Source: the human T2T-CHM13v2.0 reference genome, Homo sapiens. Taken from it: a stretch of DNA of 64,000 nt. The stretch is taken from NCBI RefSeq assembly GCF_009914755.1, contig NC_060938.1; one strand, 5' to 3'. Below, piece after piece: positions 1 through 14,000 of the stretch. Numbering within the stretch: position 1 is the stretch's first letter; each line of letters starts with the position of its first letter. The translations under genes and the position numbers were made by a program. The notes under the pieces were generated by a model, which was not told the DNA's origin, made no database searches, and saw only the letters and a list, made by a program, of their open reading frames with translations.

Positions 1-3000
1 GGGCTGAAGAACAGAGGTCGCTGCATTTAGAAAGGAGGGGGGGTCAGAGGAATAGAAAGGGATAGGGCTGAAGAACACAGGTCGCTGCATTTAGAAAGGA
101 GGCGGGGTCAGAGGAATAGAAAGGGATAGGGCTGAAGAACAGAGGTCGCTGCATTTAGAAAGGAGGCCGGGTCAGAGGAATAGAAAGGGACAGGGTTGAA
201 GAACAGAGGTCGCTGCATTTAGAAAGGAGGCGGGGTCAGAGGAATAGAAAGGGACAGGGCTGAAGAACAGAGGTCGCTGCATTTAGAAAGGAGGCGGGGT
301 CAGAGGAATAGAAAGGGATAGGGCTGAAGAACAGAGGTCGCTGCATTTAGAAAGGAGGCGGGGTCAGAGGAATAGAAAGGGACAGGGCTGAAGAACACAG
401 GTCGCTGCATTTAGAAAGGAGGCTGGGTCAGAGGAATAGAAAGGGATAGGGCTTAAGAACAGAGGTCGCTGCATTTAGAAAGGAGGCGGGGTCAGAGGAA
501 TAGAAAGGGACAGGGCTGAAGAACACAGGTCGCTGCATTTAGAAAGGAGGCGGGGTCAGAGGAATAGAAAGGGATAGGCCTGAAGAACAGAGGTCGCTGC
601 ATTTAGAAAGGAGGCGGAGTCAGAGGAATAGAAAGGGATAGGACTGAAGAACACAGGTCGCTGCATTTAGAAAGGAGGCGGGGTCAGAGGAATAGAAAGG
701 GATAGGCCTGAAGAACAGAGGTCGCTGCATTTAGAAAGGAGGCGTGGTCAGAGGAATAGAAAGGGACAGGGCTGAAGAACACAGGTCGCTGCATTTTGAA
801 AGGAGGCGGGGTCAGAGGAATAGAAAGGGACAGGGCTGAAGAACAGAGGTCGCTGCATTTAGAAAGGAGGCGGGGTCAGAAGAATAGAAAGGGATAGGCC
901 TGAAGAACAGAGGTCGCTGCATTTAGAAAGGAGGCGGGGTCAGAGGAATAGAAAGGGATAGGGCTGAAGAACACAGGTCGCTGCATTTAGAAAGGAGGCG
1001 GGGTCAGAGGAATAGAAAGGGACAGGGCTGAAGAACACAGGTCGCTGCATTTAGAAAGGAGGCGGGGTCAGAGGAATAGAAAGGGATAGGGCTGAAGAAC
1101 ACAGGTCGCTGCATTTAGAAAGGAGGTGGGGTCAGAGGAATAGAAAGGGATAGGGCTGAAGAACACAGGTCGCTGCATTTAGAAAGGAGGCGGGGTCAGA
1201 GGAATAGAAAGGGATAGGGCTGAAGAACAGAGGTCGCTGCATTTAGAAAGGAGGCGGGGTCAGAGGAATAGAAAGGGACAGGGCTGAAGAACACAGGTCG
1301 CTGCATTTAGAAAGGAGGCGGGGTCAGAGGAATAGGAAGGGATAGGGCTGAAGAACAGAGGTCGCTGCATTTAGAAAGGAGGCGGGGTCAGAGGAATAGA
1401 AAGGGATAGGACTGAAGAACACAGGTCGCTGCATTTAGAAAGGAGGTGGGGTCAGAGGAATAGAAAGGGACAGGGCTGAAGAACAGAGGTCGCTGCATTT
1501 AGAAAGGAGGCGGGGTCAGAGGAATAGAAAAGGATAGGGCTGAAGAACAGAGGTCGCTGCATTGAGAAAGGAGGTGGGGTCAGAGGAATAGAAAGGGTCA
1601 GGGCTGAAGAACAGAGGTCGCTGCATTTAGAAAGGAGGCGGGGTCAGAGGAATAGAAAGGGATAGGGCTGAAGAACAGAGGTCGCTGCATTTAGAAACGA
1701 GGCGGGGTCAGAGGAATAGAAAGGGATAGGGCTGAAGAACACAAGTCGCTGCATTTAGAAAGGAGGCGGGGTCAGAGGAATAGAAAGGGACAGGGCTGAA
1801 GAACACAGGTCGCTGCATTTAGAAAGGAGGCGGGGTTAGAGGAATAGAAAGGGACAGGGCTGAAGAACACAGGTCGCTGCATTGAGAAAGGAGGCGGGGT
1901 CAGAGGAATAGAAAGGGATAGGGCTGAAGAACACAGGTCGCTGCATTTAGAAAGGAGGCGGGGTCAGAGGAATAGAAAGGGACAGGGCTGAAGAGCACAG
2001 GTCGCTGCATTTAGAAAGGAGGCGGGGTCAGAGGAATAGAAAGGGACAGGGCTGAAGAACAGAGGTCGCTGCATTTAGAAAGGAGGCGGGGTCAGAGGAA
2101 TAGAAAGGGATAGGGCTGAAGAACACAGGTCGCTGCATTTAGAAAGGAGGCGGGGTCAGAGGAATAGAAAGGGATAGGACTGAAGAACAGAGGTCGCTGC
2201 ATTTAGAAAGGAGGCGGGGTCAGAGGAATAGAAAGGGACAGGGCTGAAGAACAGAGGTCGCTGCATTTAGAAAGGAGGCGGGGTCAGAGGAATAGAAAGG
2301 GACAGGGCTGAAGAACACAGGTCGCTGCATTTAGAAAGGAGGCGGGGTCAGAGGAATAGAAAGGGACAGGGCTGAAGAACACAGGTCGCTGCATTTAGAA
2401 AGGAGGCGGGGTCAGAGGAATAGAAAGGGATAGGGCTGAAGAACACAGGTCGCTGCATTTAGAAAGGAGGCGGGGTTAGAGGAATAGAAAGGGATAGGGC
2501 TGAAGAACACAGGTCGCTGCATTTAGAAAGGAGGCGGGGTCAGAGGAATAGAAAGGGATAGGGCTGAAGAACACAGGTCGCTGCATTTAGAAAGGAGGCG
2601 GGGTCAGAGGAATAGAAAGGGATAGGGCTGAAGAACACAGGTCGCTGCATTTAGAAAGGAGGCGGGGTCAGAGGAATAGAAAGGGAAAGGGATGAAGAAC
2701 ACAGGTCGCTGCATTGAGAAAGGAGGCGGGGTCAGAGGAATAGAAAGGGATAGGGCTGAAGAACACAGGTCGGTGCATTTAGAAAGGAGGCGGGGTCAGA
2801 GGAATAGAAAGGGATAGGGATGAAGAACACAGGTCGCTGCATTGAGAAAGGAGGCGGGGTCAGAGGAATAGAAAGGGATAGGCCTGAAGAACACAGGTCG
2901 CTGCATTTAGAAAGGAGGCGGGGTCAGAGGAATAGAAAGGGATAGGACTGAAGAACAGAGGTCGCTGCATTTAGAAAGGAGGCCGGGTCAGAGGAATAGA

Positions 3001-3899
3001 AAGGGACAGGGCAGAAGAACATAGGTCGCTGCATTTAGAAAGGAGGCGGGGTCAGAGGAATAGAAAGGGATAGGCCTGAAAAACACAGGTCGCTGCCTTT
3101 AGAAAGGAGGCGGGGTCAGAGGAATAGAAAGGGATAGGGCTGAAGAACAGAGGTCGCTGCATTTAGAAAGGAGGCGGGGTCAGAGGAATAGAAAGGGATA
3201 GGACTGAAGAACACAGGTCGCTGCATTTAGAAAGGAGGCGGGGTCAGAGGAATAGAAAGGGACAGGGCTGAAGAACAGAGGTCGCTGCATTTAGAAAGGA
3301 GGCGGGGTCAGAGGAATAGAAAGGGATAGGCCTGAAGAACACAGGTCGCTGCATTTAGAAAGGAGGCGGGGTCAGAGGAATGGAAAGGGATAGGCCTGAA
3401 GAACACAGGTCGCTGCATTTAGAAAGGAGGCGGGGTCAGAGGAATAGAAAGGGACAGGGCTGAAGAACAGAGGTCGCTGCATTTAGAAAGGAGGCGGGGT
3501 CAGAGGAATAGAAAGGGATAGGACTGAAGAACACAGGTCGCTGCATTTAGAAAGGAGGCGGGGTCAGAGGAATAGAAAGGGATAGGCCTGAAGAACACAG
3601 GTCGCTGCATTGAGAAAGGAGGCGGGGTCAGAGGAATAGAAAGGGAAAGGGCTGAAGAACAGAGGTCGCTGCATTTAGAAAGGAGGCGGGGTCAGAGGAA
3701 TAGAAAGGGATAGGGGTGAAGAACACAGGTCGCTGCATTTAGAAAGGAGGCGGGGTCAGAGGAATAGAAAGGGATAGGACTGAAGAACAGAGGTCGCTGC
3801 ATTTAGAAAGGAGGCGGGGTCAGAGGAATAGAAAGGGATAGGCCTGAAGAACACAGGTCGCTGCATTTAGAAAGGAGACTGGGTCAGAGGAATAGAAAG

Positions 3900-5570
3900 G
3901 GATAGGGGTGAAGAACACAGGTCGCTGCATTTAGAAAGGTGGCGGGGTCAGAGGAATAGAAAGGGATAGGCCTGAAGAACACAGGTGGCTGCATTTAGAA
4001 AGGAGGCGGGGTCAGAGGAATAGAAAGGGACAGGGCTGAAGAACACAGGTCGCTGCATTTAGAAAGGAGGCGGGGTCAGAGGAATAGAAAGGGATAGGAC
4101 TGAAGAACACAGGTCGCTGCATTTAGAAAGGAGGCTGGGTCAGAGGAATAGAAAGGGATAGGCCTGAAGAACACAGGTCGCTGCATTTAGAAAGGAGGCG
4201 GGGTCAGAGGAATAGAAAGGGATAGGCCTGAAGAACAGAGGTCGCTGCATTTAGAAAGGAGGCGGGGTTAGAGGAATAGAAGGGGATAGGACTGAAGAAC
4301 ACAGGTCGCTGCATTTAGAAAGGAGGCGGGGTCAGAGGAATAGAAAGGGACAGGGCTGAAGAACACAGGTCGCTGCATTTAGAAAGGAGGCGGGGTTAGA
4401 GGAATAGAAAGGGATAGGGCTGAAGAACAGAGGTCGCTGCATTGAGAAAGGAGGCGGGGTCAGAGGAATAGAAAGGGATAGGGCTGAAGAATAGAGGTCC
4501 CTGCATTTAGAAAGGAGGCGGGGTCAGAGGAATAGAAAGGGACAGGGCTGAAGAACACAGGTCGCTGCATTTAAAAAGGAGGCGGGGTCAGAGGAATAGA
4601 AAGGGATAGGACTGAAGAACAGAGGTCGCTGCATTTAGAAAGGAGGCGGGGTCAGAGGAATAGAAAGGGACAGGGCTGAAGAACACAGGTCGCTGCATTT
4701 AGAAAGGAGGCGGGGTCAGAGGAATAGAAAGGGATAGGGCTGAAGAACACAGGTCGCTGCATTTAGAAAGGAGGCGGGGTCAGAGGAATAGAAAGGGATA
4801 GGGCTGAAGAACAGAGGTCGCTGCATTTAGAAAGGTGGCGGGGTCAGAGGAATAGAAAGGGATAGGCCTGAAGAACACAGGTGGCTGCATTTAGAAAGGA
4901 GGCGGGGTCAGAGGAATAGAAAGGGACAGGGCTGAAGAACACAGGTCGCTGCATTTAGAAAGGAGGCGGGGTCAGAGGAATAGAAAGGGATAGGACTGAA
5001 GAACACAGGTCGCTGCATTTAGAAAGGAGGCTGGGTCAGAGGAATAGAAAGGGATAGGCCTGAAGAACACAGGTCGCTGCATTTAGAAAGGAGGCGGGGT
5101 CAGAGGAATAGAAAGGGATAGGCCTGAAGAACAGAGGTCGCTGCATTTAGAAAGGAGGCGGGGTTAGAGGAATAGAAAGGGATAGGACTGAAGAACACAG
5201 GTCGCTGCATTTAGAAAGGAGGCGGGGTCAGAGGAATAGAAAGGGACAGGGCTGAAGAACACAGGTCGCTGCATTTAGAAAGGAGGCGGGGTTAGAGGAA
5301 TAGAAAGGGATAGGGCTGAAGAACAGAGGTCGCTGCATTGAGAAAGGAGGCGGGGTCAGAGGAATAGAAAGGGACAGGGCTGAAGAACACAGGTCGCTGC
5401 ATTTAGAAAGGAGGCGGGGTCAGAGGAATAGAAAGGGATAGGGCTGAAGAATAGAGGTCCCTGCATTTAGAAAGGAGGCGGGGTCAGAGGAATAGAAAGG
5501 GACAGGGCTGAAGAACACAGGTCGCTGCATTTAAAAAGGAGGCGGGGTCAGAGGAATAGAAAGGGATAGG
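3900..5570 (+). repeat. Local tandem duplication of 14-15 monomers
   Basis: AAGGTGGCG followed by GGTGGCTGC at 3940/4836 (offset 896 = 14x64). AATAGAGGTCCC followed by TTTAAAAAG at 4491/5451 (offset 960 = 15x64). Confidence 0.8.
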
Positions 5571-8500
5571 CCTGAAGAACACAGGTCGCTGCATTTAGAA
5601 AGGAGGCGGGGTCAGAGGAATAGAAAGGGATAGGGCTGAAGAACAGAGGTCGCTGCATTTAGAAAGGAGGCGGGGTCAGAGGAATAGAAAGGGATAGGAC
5701 TGAAGAACACAGGACGCTGCATTTAGAAAGGAGGCGGGGTCAGAGGAATAGAAAGGGATAGGACTGAAGAACAGAGGTCGCTGCATTGAGAAAGGAGGCG
5801 GGGTCAGAGGAATAGAAAGGGACAGGGCTGAAGAACAGAGGTCGCTGCATTTAGAAAGGAGGCGGGGTCAGAGGAATAGAAAGGGACAGGGCTGAAGAAC
5901 ACAGGTCGCTGCATTTAGAAAGGAGGCGGGGTCAGAGGAATAGAAAGGGATAGGACTGAAGAACAGAGATCGCTGCATTGAGAAAGGAGGCGGGGTCAGA
6001 GGAAATGAAAGGGATAGGGCTGAAGAACAGAGGTCGCTGCATTGAGAAAGGAGGCGGGGTCAGAGGAATAGAAAGGGACAGGGCTGAAGAACAGAGGTCG
6101 CTGCATTTAGAAAGGAGGCGGGGTCAGAGGAATAGAAAGGGATAGGGCTGAAGAACAGAGGTCGCTGCATTTATAAAGGAGGCGGGGTCAGAGGAATAGA
6201 AAGGGATAGGGATGAAGAACACAGGTCGCTGCATTTAGAAAGGAGGCGGGGTCAGAGGAATAGAAAGGGATAGGGATGAAGAACACAGGTCGCTGCATTT
6301 AGAAAGGAGGCGGGGTCAGAGGAATAGAAAGGGATAGGGCTGAAGAACAGAGGTCGCTGCATTTAGAAAGGAGGCGGGGTCAGAGGAATAGAAAGAGATA
6401 GGGCTGAAGAACACAGGTCGCTGCATTTAGAAAGGAGGCGGGGTCAGAGGAATAGAAAGGGACAGGGCTGAAGAACACAGGTCGCTGCATTTAGAAAGGA
6501 GGCGGGGTCAGAGGAATACAAAGGGATAGGGCTGAAGAACACAGGTCGCTGCATTTAGAAAGGAGGCGGGGTCAGAGGAATAGAAAGGGATAGGGCTGAA
6601 GAACAGAGGTCGCTGCATTTAGAAAGGAGGCGGGGTCAGAGGAATAGAAAGGGACAGGGTTGAAGAACACAGGTCGCTGCATTTAGAAAGGATGCGGGGT
6701 CAGAGGAATAGAAAGGGACAGGGCTGAAGAACACAGGTCGCTGCATTTAGAAAGGAGGCGGGGTCAGAGGAATAGAAAGGGACAGGGCTGAAGAACACAG
6801 GTCGCTGCATTTAGAAAGGAGGCGGGGTCAGAGGAATAGAAAGGGACAGGGCTGAAGAACACAGGTCGCTGCATTTAGAAAGGAGGTGGGGTCAGAGGAA
6901 TAGAAAGGGATAGGACTGAAGAACAGAGGTCGCTGCATTTAGAAAGGAGGCGGGGTCAGAGGAATAGAAAGGGATAGGACTGAAGAACAGAGGTCGCTGC
7001 ATTTAGAAAGGAGGCGGGGTCAGAGGAATAGAAAGGGATAGGGCTGAAGAACAGAGGTCGCTGCATTTAGAAAGGAGGCGGGGTCAGAGGAATAGAAAGG
7101 GATAGGACTGAAGAACAGATTTCGCTGCATTTAGAAAGGAGGCGGGGTCAGAGGAATAGAAAGGGATAGGACTGAAGAACAGAGGTCGCTGCATTGAGAA
7201 AGGAGGCGGGGTCAGAGGAATAGAAAGGGATAGGGCTGAAGAACAGAGGTCGCTGCATTGAGAAAAGAGGCGGGGTCAGAGGAATAGAAAGGGACAGGGC
7301 TGAAGAACAGAGGTCGCTGCATTTAGAAAGGAGGCGGGATCAGAGGAATAGAAAGGGATAGGACTGAAGAACAGAGGTCGCTGCATTGAGAAAGGAGGCG
7401 GGGTCAGAGGAATAGAAAGGGATAGGGCTGAAGAACAGAGGTCGCTGCATTGAGAAAAGAGGCGTTGTCAGAGGAATAGAAAGGGACAGGGCTGAAGAAC
7501 AGAGGTCGCTGCATTTAGAAAGGAGGCGGGGTCAGAGGAATAGAAAGGGATAGGGCTGAAGAACAGAGGTCGCTGCATTTAGAAAGGAGGCGGGGTCAGA
7601 GGAATAGAAAGGGACAGGGCTGAAGAACACAGGTCGCTGCATTTAGAAAGGAGGCGGGGTCAGAGGAATAGAAAGGGATAGGGCTGAAGAACAGAGGTCG
7701 CTGCATTTAGAAAGGAGGCGGGGTCAGAGGAATAGAAAGGGATAGGACTGAAGAACAGAGGTCTCTGCATTTAGAAAGGAGGCGGGGTCAGAGGAATAGA
7801 AAGGGATAGGACTGAAGAACACAGGTCGCTGCATTTAGAAAGGAGGCGGGGTCAGAGGAATAGAAAGGGATAGGGCTGAAGAACAGAGGTCGCTGCATTT
7901 AGAAAGGAGGCGGGGTCACAGGAATAGAAAGGGACAGGGCTGAAGAACACAGGTCGCTGCATTTAGAAAGGAGGCGGGGTCAGAGGAATAGAAAGGGATA
8001 GGGCTGAAGAACACAGGTCGCTGCATTTAGAAAGGAGGCGGGGTCAGAGGAATAGAAAGGGATAGGGCTGAAAAACACAGGTCGCTGCATTTAGAAAGGA
8101 GGCGGGGTCACAGGAATAGAAAGGGACAGGGCTGAAGAACAGAGGTCGCTGCATTTAGAAAGGAGGCGGGGTCAGAGGAATAGAAAGGGATATGGCTGAA
8201 GAACACAGGTCGCTGCATTTAGAAAGGAGGCGGGGTCACAGGAATAGAAAGGGACAGGGCTGAAGAACACAGGTCGCTGCATTTAGAAAGGAGGCGGGGT
8301 CAGAGGAATAGAAAGGAATAGGGATGAAGAACACAGGTCGCTGCATTTAGAAAGGAGGCTGGGTCAGAGGAATAGAAAGGGAAAGGGCTGAAGAACAGAG
8401 GTCGCTGCATTTAGAAAGGAGGCGGGGTCAGAGGAATAGAAAGAGATAGGGCTGAAGAACACAGGTCGCTGCATTTAGAAAGGAGGCGGGGTCAGAGGAA

Positions 8501-11099
8501 TAGAAAGGGACAGGGCTGAAGAACACAGGTCGCTGCATTTAGAAAGGAGGCGGGGTCAGAGGAATAGAAAGGGATAGGCCTGAAGAACAGAGGTCGCTGC
8601 ATTTAGAAAGGAGGCGGGGTTAGAGGAATAGAAAGGGATAGGGCTGAAGAACAGAGGTCGCTGCATTTAGAAAGGAGGCGGGGTCAGAGGAATAGAAAGG
8701 GATAGGCCTGAAGAACAGAGGTCGCTGCATTTAGAAAGGAGGCGGGGTCAGAGGAATAGAAAGGGATAGGGCTGAAGAACAGAGGTCGCTGCATTTAGAA
8801 AGGAGGCGGGGTCAGAGGAATAGAAAGGGATAGGCCTGAAGAACAGAGGTCGCTGCATTTAGAAAGGAGGCGGGGTTAGAGGAATAGAAAGGGATAGGAC
8901 TGAAGAACAGAGGTCGCTGCATTTAGAAAGGAGGCGGGGTCAGAGGAATAGAAAGGGACAGGGCTGAAGAACAGAGGTCGCTGCATTTAGAAAGGAGGCG
9001 GGGTCAGAGGAATAGAAAGGGACAGGACTGAAGAACACAGGTCGCTGCATTTAGAAAGGAGGCGGGGTAAGAGGAATAGAAAGGGACAGGGCTGAAGAAC
9101 ACAGGTCGCTGCATTTAGAAAGGAGGCGGGGTCAGAGGAATAGAAAGGGACAGGGCTGAAGAACACAGGTCGCTGCATTTAGAAAGGAGGCGGGGTCAGA
9201 GGAATAGAAAGGGATAGGGCTGAAGAACAGAGGTCGCTGCATTGAGAAAGGAGGCGGGGTCAGAGGAATAGAAAGGGATAGGGCTGAAGAATAGAGGTCC
9301 CTGCATTTAGAAAGGAGGCGGGGTCAGAGGAATAGAAAGGGACAGGGCTGAAGAACACAGGTCGCTGCATTTAAAAAGGAGGCGGGGTCAGAGGAATAGA
9401 AAGGGATAGGCCTGAAGAACACAGGTCGCTGCATTTAGAAAGGAGGCGGGGTCAGAGGAATAGAAAGGGATAGGGCTGAAGAACAGAGGTCGCTGCATTT
9501 AGAAAGGAGGCGGGGTCAGAGGAATAGAAAGGGATAGGACTGAAGAACACAGGACGCTGCATTTAGAAAGGAGGCGGGGTCAGAGGAATAGAAAGGGATA
9601 GGACTGAAGAACAGAGGTCGCTGCATTGAGAAAGGAGGCGGGGTCAGAGGAATAGAAAGGGACAGGGCTGAAGAACAGAGGTCGCTGCATTTAGAAAGGA
9701 GGCGGGGTCAGAGGAATAGAAAGGGACAGGGCTGAAGAACACAGGTCGCTGCATTTAGAAAGGAGGCGGGGTCAGAGGAATAGAAAGGGATAGGACTGAA
9801 GAACAGAGATCGCTGCATTGAGAAAGGAGGCGGTGTCAGAGGAAATGAAAGGGATAGGGCTGAAGAACAGAGGTCGCTGCATTGAGAAAGGAGGCGGGGT
9901 CAGAGGAATAGAAAGGGACAGGGCTGAAGAACAGAGGTCGCTGCATTTAGAAAGGAGGCGGGGTCAGAGGAATAGAAAGGGATAGGGCTGAAGAACAGAG
10001 GTCGCTGCATTTATAAAGGAGGCGGGGTCAGAGGAATAGAAAGGGACAGGGCTGAAGAACACAGGTCGCTGCATTTAGAAAGGAGGCGGGGTTAGAGGAA
10101 TAGAAAGGGATAGGCCTGAAGAACAGAGGTCGCTGCATTTAGAAAGGAGGCGGGGTCAGAGGAATAGAAAGGGATAGGGCTGAAGAACACAGGTCGCTGC
10201 ATTTAGAAAGGAGGCGGGGTCAGAGGAATAGAAAGGGATAGGACTGAAGAACAGAGGTCGCTGCATTTAGAAAGGAGGCGGGGTCAGAGGAATAGAAAGG
10301 GATAGGACTGAAGAACACAGGTCGCTGCATTTAGAAAGGAGGCGGGGTCAGAGGAATAGAAAGGGATAGGGCTGAAGAACAGAGGTCGCTGCATTTAGAA
10401 AGGAGGCGGGGTCAGAAGAATAGAAAGGGACAGGGCTGAAAAACACAGGTCGCTGCATTTAGAAAGGAGGCGGGGTCAGAGGAATAGAAAGGGATAGGCC
10501 TGAAGAACAGAGGTCGCTGCATTTAGAAAGGAGGCGGGGTCAGAGGAATAGAAAGGGATAGGCCTGAAGAACACAGGTCGCTGCATTTAGAAAGGAGGCG
10601 GGGTCACAGGAATAGAAAGGGACAGGGCTGAAGAACAGAGATCGCTGCATTTAGAAAGGAGGCGGGGTCAGAGGAATAGAAAGGGATAGGGCTGAAAAAC
10701 AGAGGTCGCTGCATTTAGAAAGGAGGCGGGGTCAGAGGAATAGAAAGGGACAGGGCTGAAGAACACAGGTCGCTGCATTTAGAAAGGAGGCGGGGTCAGA
10801 GGAATAGAAAGGGATAGGGCTGAAGAACACAGGTCGCTGCATTTAGAAAGGAGGCGGGGTTAGAGGAATAGAAAGGGATAGGGCTGAAGAACAGAGGTCG
10901 CTGCATTTAGAAAGGAGGCGGGGTCAGAGGAATAGAAAGGGACAGGGCTGAAGAACACAGGTCGCTGCATTTAGAAAGGAGGCGGGGTCAGAGGAATAGA
11001 AAGGGATAGGACTGAAGAACACAGGTCGCTGCATTTAGAAAGGAGGCGGGGTCAGAGGAATAGAAAGGGATAGGGCTGAAGAACAGAGGTCGCTGCATT

Positions 11100-14000
11100 T
11101 AGAAAGGAGGCGGGGTCACAGGAATAGAAAGGGACAGGGCTGAAGAACAGAGGTCGCTGCATTTAGAAAGGAGGCGGGGTCAGAGGAATAGAAAGGAATA
11201 GGGATGAAGAACACAGGTCGCTGCATTTAGAAAGGAGGCTGGGTCAGAGGAATAGAAAGGGATAGGGCTGAAGAACACAGGTCGCTGCATTTAGAAAGGA
11301 GGCGGGGTCAGAGGAATAGAAAGGGATAGGGCTGAAGAACACAGGTCGCTGCATTTAGAAAGGAGGCGGGGTCAGAGGAATAGAAAGGGATAGGGCTGAA
11401 GAACACAGGTCGCTGCATTTAGAAAGGAGGCGGGGTCACAGGAATAGAAAGGGACAGGGCTGAAGAACAGAGGTCGCTGCATTTAGAAAGGAGGCGGGGT
11501 CAGAGGAATAGAAAGGGATATGGCTGAAGAACACAGGTCGCTGCATTTAGAAAGGAGGCGGGGTCACAGGAATAGAAAGGGACAGGGCTGAAGAACACAG
11601 GTCGCTGCATTTAGAAAGGAGGCGGGGTCAGAGGAATAGAAAGGAATAGGGATGAAGAACACAGGTCGCTGCATTTAGAAAGGAGGCTGGGTCAGAGGAA
11701 TAGAAAGGGAAAGGGCTGAAGAACAGAGGTCGCTGCATTTAGAAAGGAGGCGGGGTCAGAGGAATAGAAAGAGATAGGGCTGAAGAACACAGGTCGCTGC
11801 ATTTAGAAAGGAGGCGGGGTCAGAGGAATAGAAAGGGACAGGGCTGAAGAACACAGGTCGCTGCATTTAGAAAGGAGGCGGGGTCAGAGGAATAGAAAGG
11901 GATAGGCCTGAAGAACAGAGGTCGCTGCATTTAGAAAGGAGGCGGGGTTAGAGGAATAGAAAGGGATAGGGCTGAAGAACAGAGGTCGCTGCATTTAGAA
12001 AGGAGGCGGGGTCAGAGGAATAGAAAGGGATAGGCCTGAAGAACAGAGGTCGCTGCATTTAGAAAGGAGGCGGGGTCAGAGGAATAGAAAGGGATAGGGC
12101 TGAAGAACAGAGGTCGCTGCATTTAGAAAGGAGGCGGGGTTAGAGGAATAGAAAGGGATAGGACTGAAGAACAGAGGTCGCTGCATTTAGAAAGGAGGCG
12201 GGGTCAGAGGAATAGAAAGGGACAGGGCTGAAGAACAGAGGTCGCTGCATTTAGAAAGGAGGCGGGGTCAGAGGAATAGAAAGGGACAGGACTGAAGAAC
12301 ACAGGTCGCTGCATTTAGAAAGGAGGCGGGGTAAGAGGAATAGAAAGGGACAGGGCTGAAGAACACAGGTCGCTGCATTTAGAAAGGAGGCGGGGTCAGA
12401 GGAATAGAAAGGGACAGGGCTGAAGAACACAGGTCGCTGCATTTAGAAAGGAGGCGGGGTCAGAGGAATAGAAAGGGACAGAGCTGAAGAACACAGGTCG
12501 CTGCATTTAGAAAGGAGGCGGGGTCAGAGGAATAGAAAGGGACAGGGCTGAAGAACACAGGTCGCTGCATTTAGAAAGGAGGCGGGGTCAGAAGAATAGA
12601 AAGGGACAGGGCTGAAGAACACAGGTCGCTGCATTTAGAAAGGAGGCGGGGTCAGAGGAATAGAAAGGGACAGGGCTGAAGAACAGAGGTCGCTGCATTT
12701 AGAAAGGAGGCGGGGTCAGAGGAATAGAAAGGGATAGGCCTGAAGAACACAGGTCGCTGCATTTAGAAAGGAGGCGGGGTCAGAGGAATAGAAAGGGATG
12801 GGGCTGAAGAACAGAGGTCGCTTCATTGAGAAAGGAGGCGGGGTCAGAGGAATAGAAAGGGATAAGACTGAAGAACAGAGGTCGCTGCATTGAGAAAGGA
12901 GGCGGGGTCAGAGGAATAGAAAGGGATAGGACTGAAGAACAGAGGTCGCTGCATTTAGAAAGGAGGCGGGGTCAGAGGAATAGAAAGGGACAGGGCTGAA
13001 GAACACAGGTCGCTGCATTTAGAAAGGAGGCGGGGTCAGAGGAATAGAAAGGGATAGGACTGAAGAACAGAGGTCGCTGCATTGAGAAAGGAGGCGGGGT
13101 CAGAGGAATAGAAAGGGATAGGACTGAAGAACACAGGTCGCTGCATTTAGAAAGGAGGCGGGGTCAGAGGAATAGAAAGGGACAGGGCTGAAGAACACAG
13201 GTCGCTGCATTTAGAAAGGAGGCGGGGTCACAGGAATAGAAAGGGATAGGACTGAAGAACAGAGGTCGCTGCATTGAGAAAGGAGGCGGGGTCAGAGGAA
13301 TAGAAAGGGATAGGACTGAAGAACACAGGTCGCTGCATTTAGAAAGGAGGCGGGGTCAGAGGAATAGAAAGGGACAGGGCTGAAGAACACAGGTCGCTGC
13401 ATTTAGAAAGGAGGCGGGGTCAGAGGAATAGAAAGGGATAGGCCTGAAGAACACAGGTCGCTGCATTTAGAAAGGAGGCGGGGTCAGAGGAATGGAAAGG
13501 GATAGGGCTGAAGAACAGAGGTCGCTGCATTTAGAAAGGAGGCGGGGTCAGAGGAATAGAAAGGGATAGGACTGAAGAACACAGGTCGCTGCATTTAGAA
13601 AGGAGGCGGGGTCAGAGGAATAGAAAGGGACAGGGCTGAAGAACAGAGGTCGCTGCATTTAGAAAGGAGGCGGGGTCAGAGGAATAGAAAGGGATAGGGC
13701 TGAAGAACACAGGTCGCTGCATTTAGAAAGGAGGCGGGGTCAGAGGAATAGAAAGGGATAGGGCTGAAGAACAGAGGTCGCTGCATTTAGAAAGGAGGCG
13801 GGGTCAGAGGAATAGAAAGGGATAGGGCTGAAGAACAGAGGTCGCTGCATTTAGAAAGGAGGCGGGGTCAGAGGAATAGAAAGGGACAGGGCTGAAGAAC
13901 ACAGGTCGCTGCATTTAGAAAGGAGGCGGGGTCAGAGGAATAGAAAGGGATAGGCCTGAAGAACAGAGGTCACTGCATTTAGAAAGGAGGCGGGGTCAGA

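Noticed and set aside
8987-12442. A fixed 51-monomer (3264 bp) HOR across the array, since this offset appears both here and at 38-42 kb
   Set aside because: Neighbouring markers give 52 or 53 units and the two regions use different variant sets, so the match is most likely coincidence.
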